Below are positions 23,881-38,290 of a DNA stretch of 64,000 nucleotides, one piece after another (position 1 is the stretch's first letter; each line of letters begins with the position of its first letter). The stretch spans positions 39,191,504 to 39,255,503 of the forward strand of contig NC_068997.1 in NCBI RefSeq assembly GCF_001194135.2, given 5' to 3'. The position numbers were made by a program, and so were the translations under genes. The notes under the pieces are model-generated. The model saw only the letters and a list, made by a program, of their open reading frames with translations, did no database searches and had not been told where the DNA came from. This stretch comes from Octopus bimaculoides (taxonomy: Eukaryota).

Positions 23881-25161
23881 NNNNNNNNNNNNNNNNNNNN
23901 NNNNNNNNNNNNNNNNNNNNNNNNNNNNNNNNNNNNNNNNNNNNNNNNNNNNNNNNNNNNNNNNNNNNNNNNNNNNNNNNNNNNNNNNNNNNNNNNNNNN
24001 NNNNNNNNNNNNNNNNNNNNNNNNNNNNNNNNNNNNNNNNNTATATATATATATATATATATGCATACACACACAATTGGAATAGTTTTTGACAGTTTTC
24101 TTTGAAGCCACTAAAATTCATATTGATGTGCATACACACATTCTTCACAAGGTTTGTTTTTTTTTCTTCCCCTTCTATTTCCTCACTCACATTGTTTTCA
24201 TCCCTCACATTTAGACCCCATCTCCGATTAACAAACTTACATCTATACACGCATACACAAGCATGCATAGAAACAAAGAACAATTTACATTGTTTAGCTT
24301 ATCAACAAGACTCATTTTAATGGAAATATTTGATTGAAATATAAAGCAAACTGAAAGCCTTTTCAATTTGAAACTTTTTCTAATTAATGGATCTGTACAA
24401 CGAAAACCCCCACTGGCAATATACTGATCGGTCCTAGCAAAAATTAATACTCAATGTAAATAAAATCCCATCATTACTGTAAAACAGTTGGATGGAGTGT
24501 ATAAACAAATGAAACGGTTCTGTTTTATCTGGCTTTGTTTTAGTTGTTGATAACAATGAAATAATATTATCATTCTTTAGCAGAGCTTAGCTGACTTTTA
24601 AACAACGTGTCCTATTCAAGACGCCTACTTTCAAAAACCCAATAACGGTCAGAGGTTATTGGATACTTTACACATGTAACAAAGATATTGTTCTCTTGGG
24701 TTTGCGCATGGCTTTCGATAAACAAATATGTAAAGAATAATTAGTAGAACTGACGTAATTTTTTTCTATAATGCGTTTATTATTTGCTTGCATAGACGCA
24801 TACATGCATAATATTCACATCTCTACACGTTTACACACATAATTTTTAATATTTACATATTCATATGTTTACATACTGTATTTACATGCAATTTTAGACA
24901 GTTTTATGTGCTTCTTACTTCAAGTAATTTATTGTATAATCTAATTCCAATACAAGATAACTTTGGGTGTATTTTGAATCGTAAATACTATTTAATATAC
25001 ATATATACATACAAGCACACATAGAAACACACATAGACACATATGCATGTATACACACATATATCGGTTTTTCTCTATCTCTTTCGCCCATACACACCTC
25101 AAATATATTAATATATAATGGTAATACAATGGACAATTCTGATTAGCAGTGTATTGGTGTA

Positions 25162-25375
25162 TTATTGCTCTCTCTGTAAGTCTCGCAACAACACTGATAT
25201 GCAAATGTTCTTAGCATGTAAACCAAGAAATATTTTCTCTATAGCAGTAATCTGTTTTTGTCTCAACATTATAGCATTGGAAATAAATGAAGTCTGATGT
25301 TGAATTTGTTGATCTAAAATTACAGCCAGTCGAATATCTACACCGCGCTGCCTTGATATGTCTCCCATGCTGTAT
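25162..25375 (-). mobile_element. Possible ancient CR1/Jockey-type RT-thumb relic
   Basis: DIRLAVILDQQIQHQTSFISNAI loosely resembles the DLGVILDxxLxFxxHI motif. Confidence 0.25.
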
Positions 25376-25785
25376 TTCATTTATATGTATAAAACACATA
25401 AATGACAGGTGGATTCTCTGCATAGACATACAAAAATACACACACGGACATACGTCAAACCATTGAGTTCAAACGAGTTCGCAGAAAATTGTATCTAAGA
25501 TTGAGTTCCAATTTCCACATGAGAGTATTTTCTTTAATTTAATGCGCTTCCGTCAAAGATGTAAAAGCAGATCCTGTCACATTCTTTTGAATATCAAGCA
25601 AGTAGGTCTGACCATCCTTTGGTGGATAACCCATATGAAAAGTCGTTAACCAATTACTGCATTAGATGTCCGTATGCATGTACGTATTTATGTATGTATG
25701 CGTTTGTATGTATGCATGTATGTATGTATGTATGTATGCATGTATGCATATATGTATTATGTATGTATGCATGCATGCATGTATG

Positions 25786-25825
<40 letters not shown>

Positions 25826-25834
25826 ATATGTGGA

Positions 25835-25874
25835 CCCATTGATACCGACACATTTTTCTCTCTCCCTTTCTTTG

Positions 25875-25908
<34 letters not shown>

Positions 25909-26012
25909 GCTCTCTCCATTTTCTCCTCTTATAACAAAGAGCGTAGGCTCGAAACGTCAAAGACTTTTCCATTATTCCCGATCATCAGACTAATACACCT
26001 GCTTGTTGTTCC
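25835..26012 (+). mobile_element. Short repeat carrying a decayed hammerhead motif (Penelope pLTR-like), related to 63585-63760
   Basis: gagc-gtag-gctc-gaaacgtc at 25939-25958. Downstream ttcccgatcatcagactaatac resembles ttcctgagcgtctgataataac at about 63690. Confidence 0.55.
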
Positions 26013-27898
26013 CTTACTTCTCTCCCTCTCACTCTCTCTCTTGTTTGCTATGCATTTGAACCATGCATACATACACACACAGACACACACACACACTCAC
26101 ATACATACATACATACATACATATTAGCAAATAGCAACAGAGACAATTCGCAAATATAATGAAAATATCTGTCCGTGCAAATTTTAGCAAAGAGCTCGAT
26201 GAAATGAAATAATTTGATTTCACTATGATATCATAAAATCTACAAAATCGTATAAAAATTTAAAAAGAAGACATAAAATTTAAAAGAAGACATATTGAAA
26301 ATGTTGCTGGATATGAACAAGATCTTAGCAGCATAAAGTTTGTTAGTTTTAAAGACGCTGATTCTCACTCAATGTAGAATCGTTGTATTTGTAAAGACCA
26401 GCCGAAAAGCCATGAAATTTAATTGTACTCACACACACGCATACATACACATACGCACATGCATACATATGTACATACAACCTTACATACAAGTATACAT
26501 AAACACACACACACACACACACACACACANNNNNNNNNNNNNNNNNNNNNNNNNNNNNNNNNNNNNNNNNNNNNNNNNNNNNNNNNNNNNNNNNNNNNNN
26601 NNNNNNNNNNNNNNNNNNNNNNNNNNNNNNNNNNNNNNNNNNNNNNNNNNNNNNNNNNNNNNNNNNNNNNNNNNNNNNNNNNNNNNNNNNNNNNNNNNNN
26701 NNNNNNNNNNNNNNNNNNNNNNNNNNNNNNNNNNNNNNNNNNNNNNNNNNNNNNNNNNNNNNNNNNNNNNNNNNNNNNNNNNNNNNNNNNNNNNNNNNNN
26801 NNNNNNNNNNNNNNNNNNNNNNNNNNNNNNNNNNNNNNNNNNNNNNNNNNNNNNNNNNNNNNNNNNNNNNNNNNNNNNNNNNNNNNNNNNNNNNNNNNNN
26901 NNNNNNNNNNNNNNNNNNNNNNNNNNNNNNNNNNNNNNNNNNNNNNNNNNNNNNNNNNNNNNNNNNNNNNNNNNNNNNNNNNNNNNNNNNNNNNNNNNNN
27001 NNNNNNNNNNNNNNNNNNNNNNNNNNNNNNNNNNNNNNNNNNNNNNNNNNNNNNNNNNNNNNNNNNNNNNNNNNNNNNNNNNNNNNNNNNNNNNNNNNNN
27101 NNTCACTAAGTCTTTTAATAGACATAAGAGTCATGCTACAAAGAACAAACCATATCTTTTTAATAAATTTATCAACTGTGCAGAGTCGCATTCACAAAGT
27201 GGATAGTGAAGTTAGCTATGATGATATTTATTAGTCAGATTTTAATCGAATATATCTCTATCATCTCGAAGACAGGTACCTCCTGTGAGGAGGGATAACA
27301 TTTTGGAAAGTGTACAATTAATCTCTGGCTACATCATCAATAGAATAAGTAACAGAACAAAATTGAAACAACTGCATTAGAATGATAAAACAGTAAATCA
27401 ATTGTGAGAACGAAATATATGCATGCGGACAGTGCTTATGAATAAATGTATTGCATTGGATAATGATATGTGTTCATATTATCAAGAGGCAAGGAAAGAT
27501 CTAACAGTATGATATCTAGAAAGTCTAAAATAACAGGTGAGGAGAAAGTAATCCCGTATCGAATTATTTTGTTGCCAAATAATTCAAACTTTGCTAAATA
27601 TAAACAGATCGTTGATGAGACAGGTGCCACCGAAATATACAAATGATAGATAATGAGAAGTTAGAGGGTAAGTTGAAAATGAGAAAGCAAGTTAACAAAA
27701 CAGCATCAAAAGGTTTTGAATATTTTAACAACTGAAAATAAAGTTGATAAAAATGTATTGGCCAGCAGGTTGTGCGTACAATAATTTCCATAAAATTTGG
27801 TGAGAGCAGATATTCTTAGCTTCAAAATAAAGAAATACTTTTGTCAGAGTTCGTGCGGTTAGAAATATCAAATTTTATGGGTAATTCGCCGACATACA

Positions 27899-28380
27899 AG
27901 GTGCAGGTGTGGGCGTGTGTGAAGAAGTTTGCTTTTCAACCACATGCTTCTAGGTTCAGCCCCACTGCGTGGCACCTTGGGTAAGTATCGGATCGACCAA
28001 AACCTGGTGAGTGGATNNNNNNNNNNNNNNNNNNNNNNNNNNNNNNNNNNNNNNNNNNNNNNNNNNNNNNNNNNNNNNNNNNNNNNNNNNNNNNNNNNNN
28101 NNNNNNNNNNNNNNNNNNNNNNNNNNNNNNNNNNNNNNNNNNNNNNNNNNNNNNNNNNNNNNNNNNNNNNNNNNGTGTGTGTGTGTGCGCACGCGCGTAT
28201 GTATATATATGTGTGTGTGTGTGCGCACGCGTGTATGTATATATGTGTGTGTGTGTGTGTGTTTCCTCCCACCCCGTTTGACAACTCATGTTGGTGTGTT
28301 TATGTGCCCGCATCTAGGCTTTAAAAAATAGGTACTGGGATCAATTTCCTCGGCTAAAATTTCCTCAAGGTAGTGCCCCT
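27899..28380 (+). mobile_element. SINE family B spanning a gap (head, microsatellite, tail)
   Basis: Head 27899-28016 and tail 28260-28380 match the parts of 6988-7377. Confidence 0.8.
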
Positions 28381-29137
28381 CTTCGTTTCTATTCTTAGTA
28401 TTTGAAGATTTTTGCAATGAAGCTGCATCGTAAAAATTCCAATAAAATATATAACAAACTGATTTTCAACTGAAAAATTCATTTCCAATCGGCACCAAAA
28501 TGTGGGCGACGAAAATTTTCTATCAAGTGGAACGATAGAATAACATTATTATTTATCAATATCACAGGTAAATCAACAAACTGTAAATTTGTGAATACAA
28601 CTATTAACCTTTAAATTAGTTTGGTTTGATCCTAATCCGTCGTAGGTTTGCAATCAAGTAAATCAAGCGACATTTATTTCTTATTTATGGCGGTGAAAGA
28701 AGTACCTCGGGAATCGAACTTGTAATAACAATTCAATTAATCAGGCATTTGATTCCTATTTTACGGCTGTCGTTAATTCCTACCATCTAGAAAAGTATGT
28801 TCATTTATGACCTAAAATGAGTTCTTATCCTTTCCCAGCTAGCCACTCTGGTGAAAGCTAAAGAAAAATGTCCAGAGTAAAAGGCATTTCAGGTATCCAA
28901 ATATATTCTGGTTTTGCTTCTTTCTCTACAATAATTTTATTAAAGTTAAGAAAAGTATAATTTCTGCAATATTAGAGAAATTAATGCTGCAAATACACCC
29001 CCACCCACCGCCTCTGATCTATTCCCTTGAAAATCATTGAACCTCACTTAACGAACGACGGGCGGAAGGAGAGAGACTTATTTTGGTGAGATTAAACTTA
29101 ATTAAATTAGAAATGTATAAACGTGCATGTATCGGAA

Positions 29138-29182
<45 letters not shown>

Positions 29183-30237
29183 TACCCACACACACACTAA
29201 CTTACAAAGATAGTTATACAAACACATAAACAGTCATAGAACGATATGAATATACATGAACACGTGCGTGTAACCTCTAAAATACAATCTATTCTACTAA
29301 AATACCATCTAACTCCTCTGAGAAAACACAGAAAAAATATTTGTATGTATTTCTAAAGATGTTAGCCATCGATTATACTCTATTTATCTTGGTTTAACTC
29401 CTAGTACTAATAATTGCACCTAAAACTAGAACTGAACTGACAAATCAACTGAAATTATCTCCTTGTATCAACATTGTAAATGTCTTTCATCATAATTTTC
29501 ACATTCAGTATATTTTCTTTCTATATCTAATTAGATTTTCTTAAATTAAGCTCACTCTTTTGATTGTGTAACGAAGCAAAATCTATCTAGTTGTTCTTCA
29601 ACAACACACGTTTATTTAACGGATAATTTAATCTCGGTAAATCTGTTAATTCCTATCATTCTTATGTTTATTTGTCGATCTCTTCAGATTTTTTCGACTG
29701 TCATTAAGAGTAGACACGATCAGCAAGCACCTGCTGTGATGTATATCTCCTCCAGCCTCTCTATACAACTCGAGAGAAATAGCTGAATACTTAAAGTCTG
29801 TTCATTTAATGCCCCTAACTATATAAACACACATATTAAAGAATCTGTACAATGTAATCTTTGATATGTGTGACTTTGTTAGCTTTTCTTTTGCTTTACC
29901 ACTGTATTAAATTCCGTAGAATATTGCCCGAAGTGATAGCAATTAAAGCAAACTAATGTTAATAGGCGTTAGGCTAAGTTTGCTGCTTTGTAAAGGTGGC
30001 AATAGGTTTTAAACGAAAGTCTGTAATTTATAGAAATTACAATTATATATTGCCAACTCAACTGGAAGCGAATGTTCTAAAATGAGAAAATGGATTCGGT
30101 GAAAATGATAGAATTTCATTTCGTTTGCCCATGTGACACTAAAAGAATCACAAGCCCGCCCCACTGTGACCGAAGGCTAAAAGTTCATCGACTGGATATC
30201 ACTTAATGCCAGGAACAGAGGCATAGTCTTATGGTGT

Positions 30238-30316
30238 GTATGTATGTATGTATGTATGTATGTATGTATGTATGTATGTATGTATGTATGTATGTATGTA
30301 TGTATGTATGTATGTA
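30238..30316. repeat. (TATG)n microsatellite
   Basis: Direct reading. Confidence 0.95.
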
Positions 30317-31269
30317 TTTAAGGAGTGTTTAAATATACATTATATGCATATGTTTGGCTTTTTGTTATTGTTTGTATATATATATGTAGCGCTGTGAGCG
30401 TTTATGTACCGAAGTATTGATTCTGTGTAGATATTTATAGTTTTCGTAAGTTGACGTCTATGGGGATTTTAAAAATGATGCCCATAAATGATTTTTTGTG
30501 AAAGTATGTTTTGTGTAATATGGCGAGATGCTTGTACATATATGTTTATGCCAGCGTACATGTGCACGTATGTATGCGCGATTGTGTGTAGATCTTGTTT
30601 GATTATGTGTACGCGTGTCTGGAAATGAATATAAAACTATAAAAGCGCAGCGTGTGCCCATATCAATCAGTCAGTTGATTCACATCATTACATGCCAGTG
30701 ATGATCCCTAAAGAAAATTTGACAGATTGCGTAGAGTGTATGTGGGAATAGCCATATAAGCTTTCATTATCAATCTTTGCTTCACTCTGTTTTGAAGCCT
30801 TGTAGCCATTTCAGTGATACATTTCAAAGAACCTGTACCCATGTCATCCACTATTTACGTTAATCAGTAGGTAAAGTTTCCCACATAAAGAATAGCCTTC
30901 TGCTCTTAAACCTGGTGCTTACAACAATTATGCAGCTATCCAGCAACTTATGACAGACAAATAATAAATAGATAAATAAATGAGATTATTCTATGCTGTT
31001 CCGTCTTACAGAAAATCACTATGTCTTTCAGGCATGTTTCCACATTATTAACTTTCATAAAAAGCACGATGTTCTAATTAGTGATAACAATACATTAGGG
31101 GAAATTTTGAAAACCACTGGCCACAAACCTTTTCAGAAATATTCTCGTACGTTCAGTGACACACATTTACTTCAATAACTGAGAGATTACAGCATTACAA
31201 GCTTACGGCATTACACATGCACAGACACACATGTGCATACATACATTCAAACATGCATACAAATATATA

Positions 31270-31655
<386 letters not shown>

Positions 31656-32871
31656 CATTATATATATATATATATATATATATATAGCTATTGGCACGTA
31701 AGAAGTGTACATTGAACTCATGAAGCTCCGGTTTCAAACTACTGCACATAATCTTGTGTAAAAATTATATATTAGCAATATAGGCAGTATCAATACCGAA
31801 ATGTAATATTATCATCACTTAAACGTGGATAAATTACACTGCTGTAGAGACCATTAGAGAAACTCTTAGATCGGTTTTGGGCGCAAAAAGCACACCATAC
31901 GCTGGCTTCCGCTAATTTACCTTAAGAGTACCTTAAGCGTATAAGCCACTTAAGTTGTAATACCATAACAATTGGTTAGTTGGTCGTTCCCTTCACTGAA
32001 GACCTGGAATTCATCGAAAAGGACTTGAAATAAATTAACATACACAAAAAGTAGCGTACACATTAAGCCTCTACAAGTTTCGGCTTGCATCTGTAATGTA
32101 ATGGAGAAAGCTACTTATTTAAGTATGTAACAATTACTTAAAGAAAGCAATTCTTAAAGGCTTGACCGTTTGGAAATTTTTATAAATTCATGTTCCAAGA
32201 AATTTCCTGTAATTTCAATTTCTGAAGTTTATTGAATATTTGAACCAGAAGCTTTCCTCTAATTTATATATTCGTTACATTCATTGCAGAGTAGATTTCA
32301 TAAACAATATTAGCACGTTGCAGGCGAAATTTTCCGTTTTCATTTGCAATAGTCTCTCACTCTCTCTCTCCCGCCTCTATTTTCATTAATGATAATTTAA
32401 TATACTTTCATTTCAATGTTTCCATTTAGAATTTTAATTCGCTATTTACAAAATCCACAGTTTCTTCTCTATACGTAATGTAAAAAAATATTTATTGAAT
32501 GAATGAATGCTATAAGACAACATAATTGTATAACTGTGATGTGTCCATGATATAGTACACTATTATAATTTAAAAAGAAAAAAAGTTATTTTGTTGGTAT
32601 GGTTGTTTGGAACGCTTACAATATGTGATCACTTCTATTTCTAGCACGCTAAATGTGCTAGGGTTACCTTGAAGTTTCGTTACATTACAGATATATTACA
32701 ACTACGATAAATAACTGAAAGAAATACTAAGCAAGTGAGATTTTTTTATAAATTGAAGTTTTCAGGAAAATTTACTTTCTGAACTTCCTTTCATTATTGA
32801 ATATTTCAAGTTCACAAATTTAAACATTCGGTACAAGATAGTTTATCATTCTTTTGCTTGAACCCGCACAC

Positions 32872-32997
32872 TTCGTTAATTTCCGTAATTTTTTTTCTTT
32901 ATTTACATTTTGCACGCCGTGTTCATCTCTGTGTATTTGTAGTCAGTCACACACGCACGATTGTGTTTTTGTATGTACGCTTGTATACATTTATGTA

Positions 32998-33028
<31 letters not shown>

Positions 33029-33334
33029 AAGAAAGAGAGAGAGTGAGTTAAGGGGTGTGTTGTCATGTATATGTACATACATAAATACATATACATACAT
33101 CTTTTGGTATGTATGTGCGTGTGTGTGCTTGCGTGAAACAGAGAGAGTGATGTCTAAGTAACACTCACACACATACACACACACACACACACACTCTCTC
33201 TCTCACATATACACATACACACATACACACACATGTCCATTTCATATAAACGTACATACAGCTTTCACTTTCTCCTCTCTTTCATTTTTAAACAAAACTA
33301 AATAAATAAAAAAAAAATTACGGAAATTAACGAA
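32872..33334. repeat. Foldback/inverted-repeat unit containing microsatellites
   Basis: ttcgttaatttccgtaatttttttt (32872-32896) is the exact reverse complement of 33310-33334. Degenerate complementarity continues inward. Confidence 0.75.
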
Positions 33335-33922
33335 CAAAACCAGCTGTTTATTTTGGCATTTCTGGGGGTTCAACCCAAAGAATGCCGATAGTTTTTAACA
33401 AGCTTTTATTTATACCACTTTTTTTCATATTATGTTTATTTCATTCGTTGTTTTCAATATTCTCTCTTCCCCTCTCTCTCTCACACACACGCACACGCAC
33501 ACACACTCACACGCACACACATTCACACGCACACACACTCACACGCACACACACACTGTCTCTCTAATATAAACACGCACACTGTCTTTGTAATATAAAC
33601 AGACACACTCCAGATTTGACTAGCAGAAAACCACTCGTAGAGCGGTGTTTCTGCTAGTATATATAATTTTGATTCAGTTCTTACAAACTGCAACCCCATT
33701 CCCTATATAAACACAACCAGTTCATAGTTTAGAAATTCTTACCTGTGGAGATGATTGTGTTTAAGTAGTGAAATAGGTTGTTACTCGTAATGTGTGAATA
33801 AAATTTGAGAAATACATGCATATCCTATGTTTGCGATATAGTCAGTCCTTGATTGGAGCGAGGTCTGATTTGTCGTTTTTATCAGGGCCTGCATACATAC
33901 ATACATACATACATACATACAT

Positions 33923-33953
<31 letters not shown>

Positions 33954-35269
33954 TGCACATGCACCCACGCACACACACACATACACACATACACACGCAC
34001 ACACATACACATATGCGAACTTCACGTTAGTTAAAATATGTTTGTGACTCACTTCCACTTCTAAAGACAAATTCACTACATTTACATTGGAGAAAAAAAT
34101 TCTATCCAATGGTAAAAGGCGTAAAAACCCAATATCTGCTGAGTATGCCTCCTGGTGGATTCTCGGACGCTGCATTTCTGCCTCTTAAGACGTTATCAAT
34201 AGAAAATTCCGACGAAAGGTAACTCTAGGCAGATTGAAAACCGTGGCTTTAACTATAACACGGCCAACAACATTGTCTGAGGTGCGCTATTAGACGGTCA
34301 GATCGGAAGAAATTCAGCAGTCAGCGCTAAGCAGTGTTTAGGCATAGTCGAACATATTTCAGTTTCTAAAAGCAAATTCACTGCTAACTGAGCCGCCAGG
34401 AGCCCCCTAATACGGAGCCTTGAAACCATGAAACTCAACATCGACGAAACACCTGCTTGATATTTAGGGAACTTGCGGAACTGAGTTACAATCTCTTTAC
34501 AAAATTTTCGAAAGAAAAACTGAAATCTGCAAAATCTTAAGTTCAGTTTCTCCGTAATAACTTTAACAGCAAAAAGCGGCTAAACAGAATACAAGAATTT
34601 ATTAGAACTCACAGTAATGTTCAGAGAGAGAAGCAATGAAAATAGCGATGAAATTGACTTTAAAACAAATTAGAAAAGCTGGTAAAGAATAAATAATAAA
34701 TGTGTGAAAGACTACAGTAACAATAGATGTAAATGAGATATAGACAGATATAAAAACTGATAGAGAATAGATGGAAACTAAGTTACAAATTTGATTCTCA
34801 GCAAGAAAAATAAAGCATGAAGAAGATGAAATATTTAGACTAGTCACAGTTTTAATTTAGGTCATTCTTATAAGTGATAGTGGGATTAGGAAGTATATCT
34901 GGAAGTACAGGAAATATATTTAGCAATTAAAAAAACAAAACAAAAACAGTTAAGAAATGACTGATGAATTCAGGAATTTACTTGCCACAATTTCTACTTG
35001 AAAATGTAATGTCACCATTTTTTCCACGATACAATATTTATTGACATTTGTATGCAGTAATTCAATAAACACTCCCTTACTACGCTCCATTTATACAGAG
35101 GTACATATGACAGCACAAGAGAAAGAAGAGAGGAGAGATGGTGGGCGGGGGAAGGGAAGAAAGAGGAGGGGACGAAGACTAAGAAAGAGTCATATGCGTA
35201 TTCCAAAGAAATGTTTAAAAGATTCTTACATTTGGGTGTCTGTATATGTGTCCGCACTAACATGTATGC

Positions 35270-35300
<31 letters not shown>

Positions 35301-35309
35301 CATACATGC

Positions 35310-35357
<48 letters not shown>

Positions 35358-36038
35358 GTGTGTGTTTGTGTGTGTGTGTGTGTATATATGCATAAATGCA
35401 TAAATATACACACATAAATTATAGCTGAGTAAATTTTATTAGTAAAATATATAATATTTCTGTGAAAACACTTTTCACGATGAAATCAGAAAATATATTT
35501 TGATACGATAAAACAAGGGTCATAAAGAAAACAATCACCGTGTTTTTATTACAACCCTTGGTCGTCAAACAGATGTGACATGTGGTGGATGATGAAGTAT
35601 ACAGTTAGTGAAGTGGATAATATTTTATAGCATACAGTGTAGATTTATGAGAAATATTTCCAGACAAAAAACTCAGACTAACAACGCTAAGCAAGCGACT
35701 GCAGATATATTTGGAGAAGAGTTTGTCCATTAATATCGTAAACGTGTCCGATTAGAAATTCAACATTGTATTTTCACCGATTCCAGTTGTGATATTCTGT
35801 CTGGAGTGTTTACCACGTGGATGAAAGGGAACTAAAAACATCACCTCATTTATATGATGTAAATAAACTATGCTGAGTGTAATAGATTAGTAGAATTGGT
35901 CTGGCTATTGAACAAAAATTCCGTCTGATGCTTTTATTACGTTTAACTTCTGAGTATAAATACTACTTTCTCTTTAATTCTTCCAGGACGTCATGTATAC
36001 TTCAGTCATGAATATATATATATATATATATATATAAT

Positions 36039-36249
36039 GGTTTGAAAGTTTGTTACAATGCCAGAAATTTCGGGAGGAGGCGTAAATCGATTACATCGAT
36101 CTTAATGCTCAATTGTTACTTATTCTATCGACTCCGAAGAGATCGAAGGCCAAGTTGAATTTGGCGGAATTTGAACTCAGAACATAAAGAGAGACGAAAT
36201 GTTGCTAAGCATTTTGCCCGGCATGCTAACAATTCTGCCAGCTCGCCGC
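36039..36249 (-). mobile_element. SINE family A
   Basis: Reverse complement of the family A pattern (..aattctgccagctcgccgc). Confidence 0.88.
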
Positions 36250-36826
36250 TTTGAATATATATAATATGTAAAGAAACATACAAGTGAGCAGACCTCCAGA
36301 GAATTAAAGCCAGAAAGAAGCAAGTATCACCACCCAAATGCATCAGACTCTAAGAGGAAGCTATAAGGCTCGTAAAGCAAAAACTACCTGTAGGTGACCG
36401 GTTTTCTCTTGTTTTCTCTTGTTTTCTTCTTTTTTTCCCGAAGAGGTGATAGTAATATCGCTATCACTGGACGTATTTCTATTCGGGAGCACAAAACCGA
36501 TCATTGTCACCGAAATCACAGTGCGCAGGGTGGGGTTAAACATGTAATTCTTTACCACCGCAAGAAAGTGAAATGCCAGGAGCGGGTCATTATATTCCTG
36601 TCAAAACAAGCATTCAGCTCCATTTCCAACGCAATTCAGCAACCTTCGGTTTCCCAGCAAGATCGGTGCGCAATTTCTTGCGGAAAATTGACTTAGATCT
36701 CCCAAAAGCTATGAGAGAGAATGCTATCCTTTCACTTGTTTCCGTCATGTGACAGCAGATATGCTGGAGCAACGCATTTAGTCGAAAAAAATCGACGCCA
36801 GGATTTATTCTATGGGAGTATTTTAT

Positions 36827-36905
36827 CAAACGGCTATGTTACGGGGACGCAAACACAGCAACATCGGTTGTCAAGCGATGGTGGGGGTACAAACACAGAC
36901 AAACA
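36827..36905 (-). mobile_element. 3' tail fragment of SINE family B
   Basis: Reverse complement of the tail at 7205-7275. Confidence 0.6.
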
Positions 36906-37802
36906 TACACACATGCATGCATAATGATTTTTTAGATGATTTTAAATGTCTTGCCCGCTCACGTTTTTGGTATGCTGCTATATTTCATGTTGAGAACAAT
37001 TTAGATCTTAATAGACACAAGATGTGATCTATTTCTAGCGCATTAATTGTCCACGTTAGTGGTCGACGTTATTTTTTAAAATGTACCTTAATNNNNNNNN
37101 NNNNNNNNNNNNNNNNNNNNNNNNNNNNNNNNNNNNNNNNNNNNNNNNNNNNNNNNNNNNNNNNNNNNNNNNNNNNNNNNNNNNNNNNNNNNNNNNNNNN
37201 NNNNNNNNNNNNNNNNNNNNNNNNNNNNNNNNNNNNNNNNNNNNNNNNNNNNNNNNNNNNNNNNNNNNNNNNNNNNNNNNNNNNNNNNNNNNNNNNNNNN
37301 NNNNNNNNNNNNNNNNNNNNNNNNNNNNNNNNNNNNNNNNNNNNNNNNNNNNNNNNNNNNNNNNNNNNNNNNNNNNNNNNNNNNNNNNNNNNNNNNNNNN
37401 NNNNNNNNNNNNNNNNNNNNNNNNNNNNNNNNNNNNNNNNNNNNNNNNNNNNNNNNNNNNNNNNNNNNNNNNNNNNNNNNNNNNNNNNNNNNNNNNNNNN
37501 NNNNNNNNNNNNNNNNNNNNNNNNNNNNNNNNNNNNNNNNNNNNNNNNNNNNNNNNNNNNNNNNNNNNNNNNNNNNNNNNNNNNNNNNNNNNNNNNNNNN
37601 NNNNNNNNNNNNNNNNNNNNNNNNNNNNNNNNNNNNNNNNNNNNNNNNNNNNNNNNNNNNNNNNNNNNNNNNNNNNNNNNNNNNNNNNNNNNNNNNNNNN
37701 NNNNNNNNNNNNNNNNNNNNNNNNNNNNNNNNNNNNNNNNNNNNNNNNNNNNNNNNNNNNNNNNNNNNNNNNNNNNNNNNNNNATATATATATATACATT
37801 GT

Positions 37803-37960
37803 TGGCACTCTGTCGCTTACGACGTCGAGGGCTCCATTTGATCTGATCAATGGAACAGCAGGCTCGTGAAATTAACGTGCAAGCGGCTGAGCACTCCACA
37901 GATACGTGTACCCTTAACGTAGTTAGCGGGGATATTCAGCGTGACACAGTGTGACAAGGC
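37803..37960 (+). mobile_element. Unclassified GC-richer interspersed repeat fragment
   Basis: ggcactctgtcgcttacgacgtcgaggg...cgtgacacagtgtgacaaggc between microsatellites. Recalled as a common octopus repeat, but there is no second copy here. Confidence 0.45.
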
Positions 37961-38234
37961 ACAGTGTGACAATATACATACATGTTATACATGTATGTAT
38001 ATTGCTATAATTGCCCTTTAAAAAAAAAAAAATAGACATAATATAATGTCTAAAAGTTGATGAATACCACCTCTGGATCCACTCCGTTTCTTTATTGCTG
38101 CATATACACATATATATATACATATGTATACAACTATATATACATATATATACATATATGTATACATGTATATACATATGTATATGTACAAGTATATATA
38201 CATGTTATATATAGACATCTATGTATATATACAC

Positions 38235-38290
<56 letters not shown>

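Noticed and set aside
27400-27800. Purine-rich plus-strand peptides (MISRKSKITGEEKVIPYRIILLP.., DNEKLEGKLKMRK..)
   Set aside because: Short and interrupted, with no recognisable motif or splice support.
28839-28892. Plus-strand 54-nt exon with good splice signals
   Set aside because: All three frames contain stops, so it is not coding. No other support.
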